DNA of 64,000 nucleotides from Escherichia coli (GTDB lineage Bacteria; Pseudomonadota; Gammaproteobacteria; Enterobacterales; Enterobacteriaceae): NCBI RefSeq assembly GCF_016026235.1, contig NZ_CP065613.1; one strand, 5' to 3'. Shown piece by piece: positions 62,703 to 64,000 of this stretch (position 1 is its first letter; each line of letters starts with the position of its first letter). The notes under the pieces were generated by a model. It saw only the letters and a program-made list of their open reading frames with translations, ran no database searches and was not told where the DNA came from. The position numbers and the translations under genes were made by a program.

Positions 62703-63656
62703 ATGAATGGTAAATATTTTGTACGCCTCGCATTACATACTCTGAAATGCACTCAAAAAGATTTAGCAAGCCACTTAGGTGTTTCCTCAACACAAATTAG
62801 CAAGTGGAAAAAAGGGGAACACATGTCCGCTGATATGGAAAAAAAGTTCAGAAATATTACACAAATAGGAGATTATTCTCCTCAACTAGTTGAATGGACA
62901 GGCTCAGTCGCGAATGCTGAGAAATGGGATCGACTTATCCATTTTCTTGCTCGACGAGCTATGGACGATGCTGAAACGGGTTATATAACACAACTTCTTA
63001 CTGACGAAGATGGTTTTTTGGTTGAAGAAACAATTGATGTATTAAAGCGAATAGGTTTTCCTACACCTCTTTCCTTTCCTGAAGGACTTAATATTGACGA
63101 CGATAATGCTGATGAAGAAGAGGCTTTTTGGGAGATATTAGAGAGCAATGCTCATTGTTCTGTAATTAATGATATTTATCATGCTCTGAATGATGTTTAT
63201 GGTTTCTACATAGCATATGTTGATGAGTTGATTCAGGACGACGATTTAGATGTCTATTCAAGCGAAGCCATCAATATTCAGAGTTCATTGATATCACTTG
63301 CTGCATGCAAAATTGAAATTGATACTCCTGTTGCGTCAAACTTTAAAGAATTTCGTTATAGAGTTAAAAAAGACTACGAAAATTGGTTGAATCAACTCAA
63401 GATGATGGCATTCAGGGCGGGAATTCCGTTAAGAGCCGAACTTCTGGAAATGGTTTATAACACCGCTGACCAACTTAGCGTTGCAGCAGAAGCCGAACGT
63501 TTCGATTTCAATAAATCTCGCATTCATCCAGATATATACATGAACGAGATCCTTACTGGCATGAGAATAATTCACCAAGTGCTTCCGGTAATAATGCAAA
63601 AGTTAGAAATTACAGATTTCAAACTAGATGAAACAGATTTATGCCTGGGTAAATAG
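62703..63656 (+). CDS. uncharacterised protein: N-terminal XRE/Cro-type HTH plus acidic domain of unknown function; occupies the locus that holds yhbX in K-12-type chromosomes
   Basis: 317-aa ORF with SD aaaaggaatgaccgATG; HTH signature QKDLASHLGVSSTQISKWKKGE; about 37 percent G+C over first 120 nt by hand count; own flanking terminators. Confidence 0.6.
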   Translation: MNGKYFVRLALHTLKCTQKDLASHLGVSSTQISKWKKGEHMSADMEKKFRNITQIGDYSPQLVEWTGSVANAEKWDRLIHFLARRAMDDAETGYITQLLTDEDGFLVEETIDVLKRIGFPTPLSFPEGLNIDDDNADEEEAFWEILESNAHCSVINDIYHALNDVYGFYIAYVDELIQDDDLDVYSSEAINIQSSLISLAACKIEIDTPVASNFKEFRYRVKKDYENWLNQLKMMAFRAGIPLRAELLEMVYNTADQLSVAAEAERFDFNKSRIHPDIYMNEILTGMRIIHQVLPVIMQKLEITDFKLDETDLCLGK

Positions 63657-63696
63657 TTATCAAATTAAGAATACTTAACCTGGCTTATAAAACGAA

Positions 63697-63726
63697 AAAA
63701 GACGCTTTTCAGCGTCTCTTTTCTGG
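63697..63726. terminator. bidirectional hairpin terminator (leuU on minus strand; also ends the + strand ORF)
   Basis: aaaaaagacgcttttcagcgtctcttttct. Confidence 0.65.
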
Positions 63727-63730
63727 AATT

Positions 63731-63817
63731 TGGTACCGAGGACGGGACTTGAACCCGTAAGCCCTATTGGGCACTACCACCTCAAGGTAGCGTGTCTACC
63801 AATTCCACCACCTCGGC
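63731..63817 (-). tRNA. leuU: tRNA-Leu (GAG anticodon)
   Basis: Reverse complement reads GCCGAGGTGGTGGAATTGGTAGACACGCTACCTTGAGGTGGTAGTGCCCAATAGGGCTTACGGGTTCAAGTCCCGTCCTCGGTACCA. Confidence 0.95.
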
Positions 63818-63831
63818 ACGGAAACTACTTT

Positions 63832-64000
63832 TTAGTTCGGGATATCGCTGGTCGGCTTAGCCGGAGCAGCTGGCTGAGTTTGTTCGGTTTTCGCCGGCGC
63901 ACTCAGGTTTTCCCATTCGCTACCTTTATTGGTTTTGTTGCTATTGATGTTACCCAGCACCAGACTGATGATGAAGAATAACGTTGCCAGCAACGCCGTC
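63832..64000 (-). CDS. secG: protein-export membrane protein SecG (C-terminal part only; 5' end beyond window)
   Basis: Reverse strand encodes ...PAKPTSDIPN-stop immediately upstream of leuU. Confidence 0.8.
   Translation of the reverse strand, partial: TALLATLFFIISLVLGNINSNKTNKGSEWENLSAPAKTEQTQPAAPAKPTSDIPN

Overview
The window is a largely syntenic Escherichia coli-type chromosomal segment running from the 3' part of tdcE to the 3' end of secG, with about 60 genes and no CRISPR array or prophage. The best candidate for something undescribed is a single AT-rich 317-aa ORF (62703..63656) between argG and leuU, where K-12-type chromosomes carry yhbX; it has an N-terminal XRE/Cro-type helix-turn-helix and an acidic C-terminal domain I cannot assign. 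I see no multi-gene novel system. Gene identities are recognised from memory of E. coli K-12 and were not checked by any search. Gene order: tdcEDCBA and tdcR; AT-rich yhaB-yhaC; rnpB (RNase P RNA); garKRLP and garD; prlF-yhaV toxin-antitoxin pair; the aga/kba N-acetylgalactosamine/galactosamine cluster; the yraHIJK chaperone-usher fimbrial operon; rsmI, lpoA, yraN, diaA, dolP, yraQ, yraR, yhbO, yhbP, yhbQ, yhbS, ubiTUV, yhbW, mtr, deaD, nlpI; the pnp-rpsO-truB-rbfA-infB-nusA-rimP-metY block; argG; the unassigned ORF; leuU; secG. Three departures from the K-12 arrangement are visible directly: (1) the aga cluster is complete (full-length agaW, agaE, agaF, agaA); (2) a 768-bp IS1 with a perfect 9-bp target-site duplication sits between kbaY and agaB; (3) the yhaV toxin gene has an in-frame TAG at codon 41.
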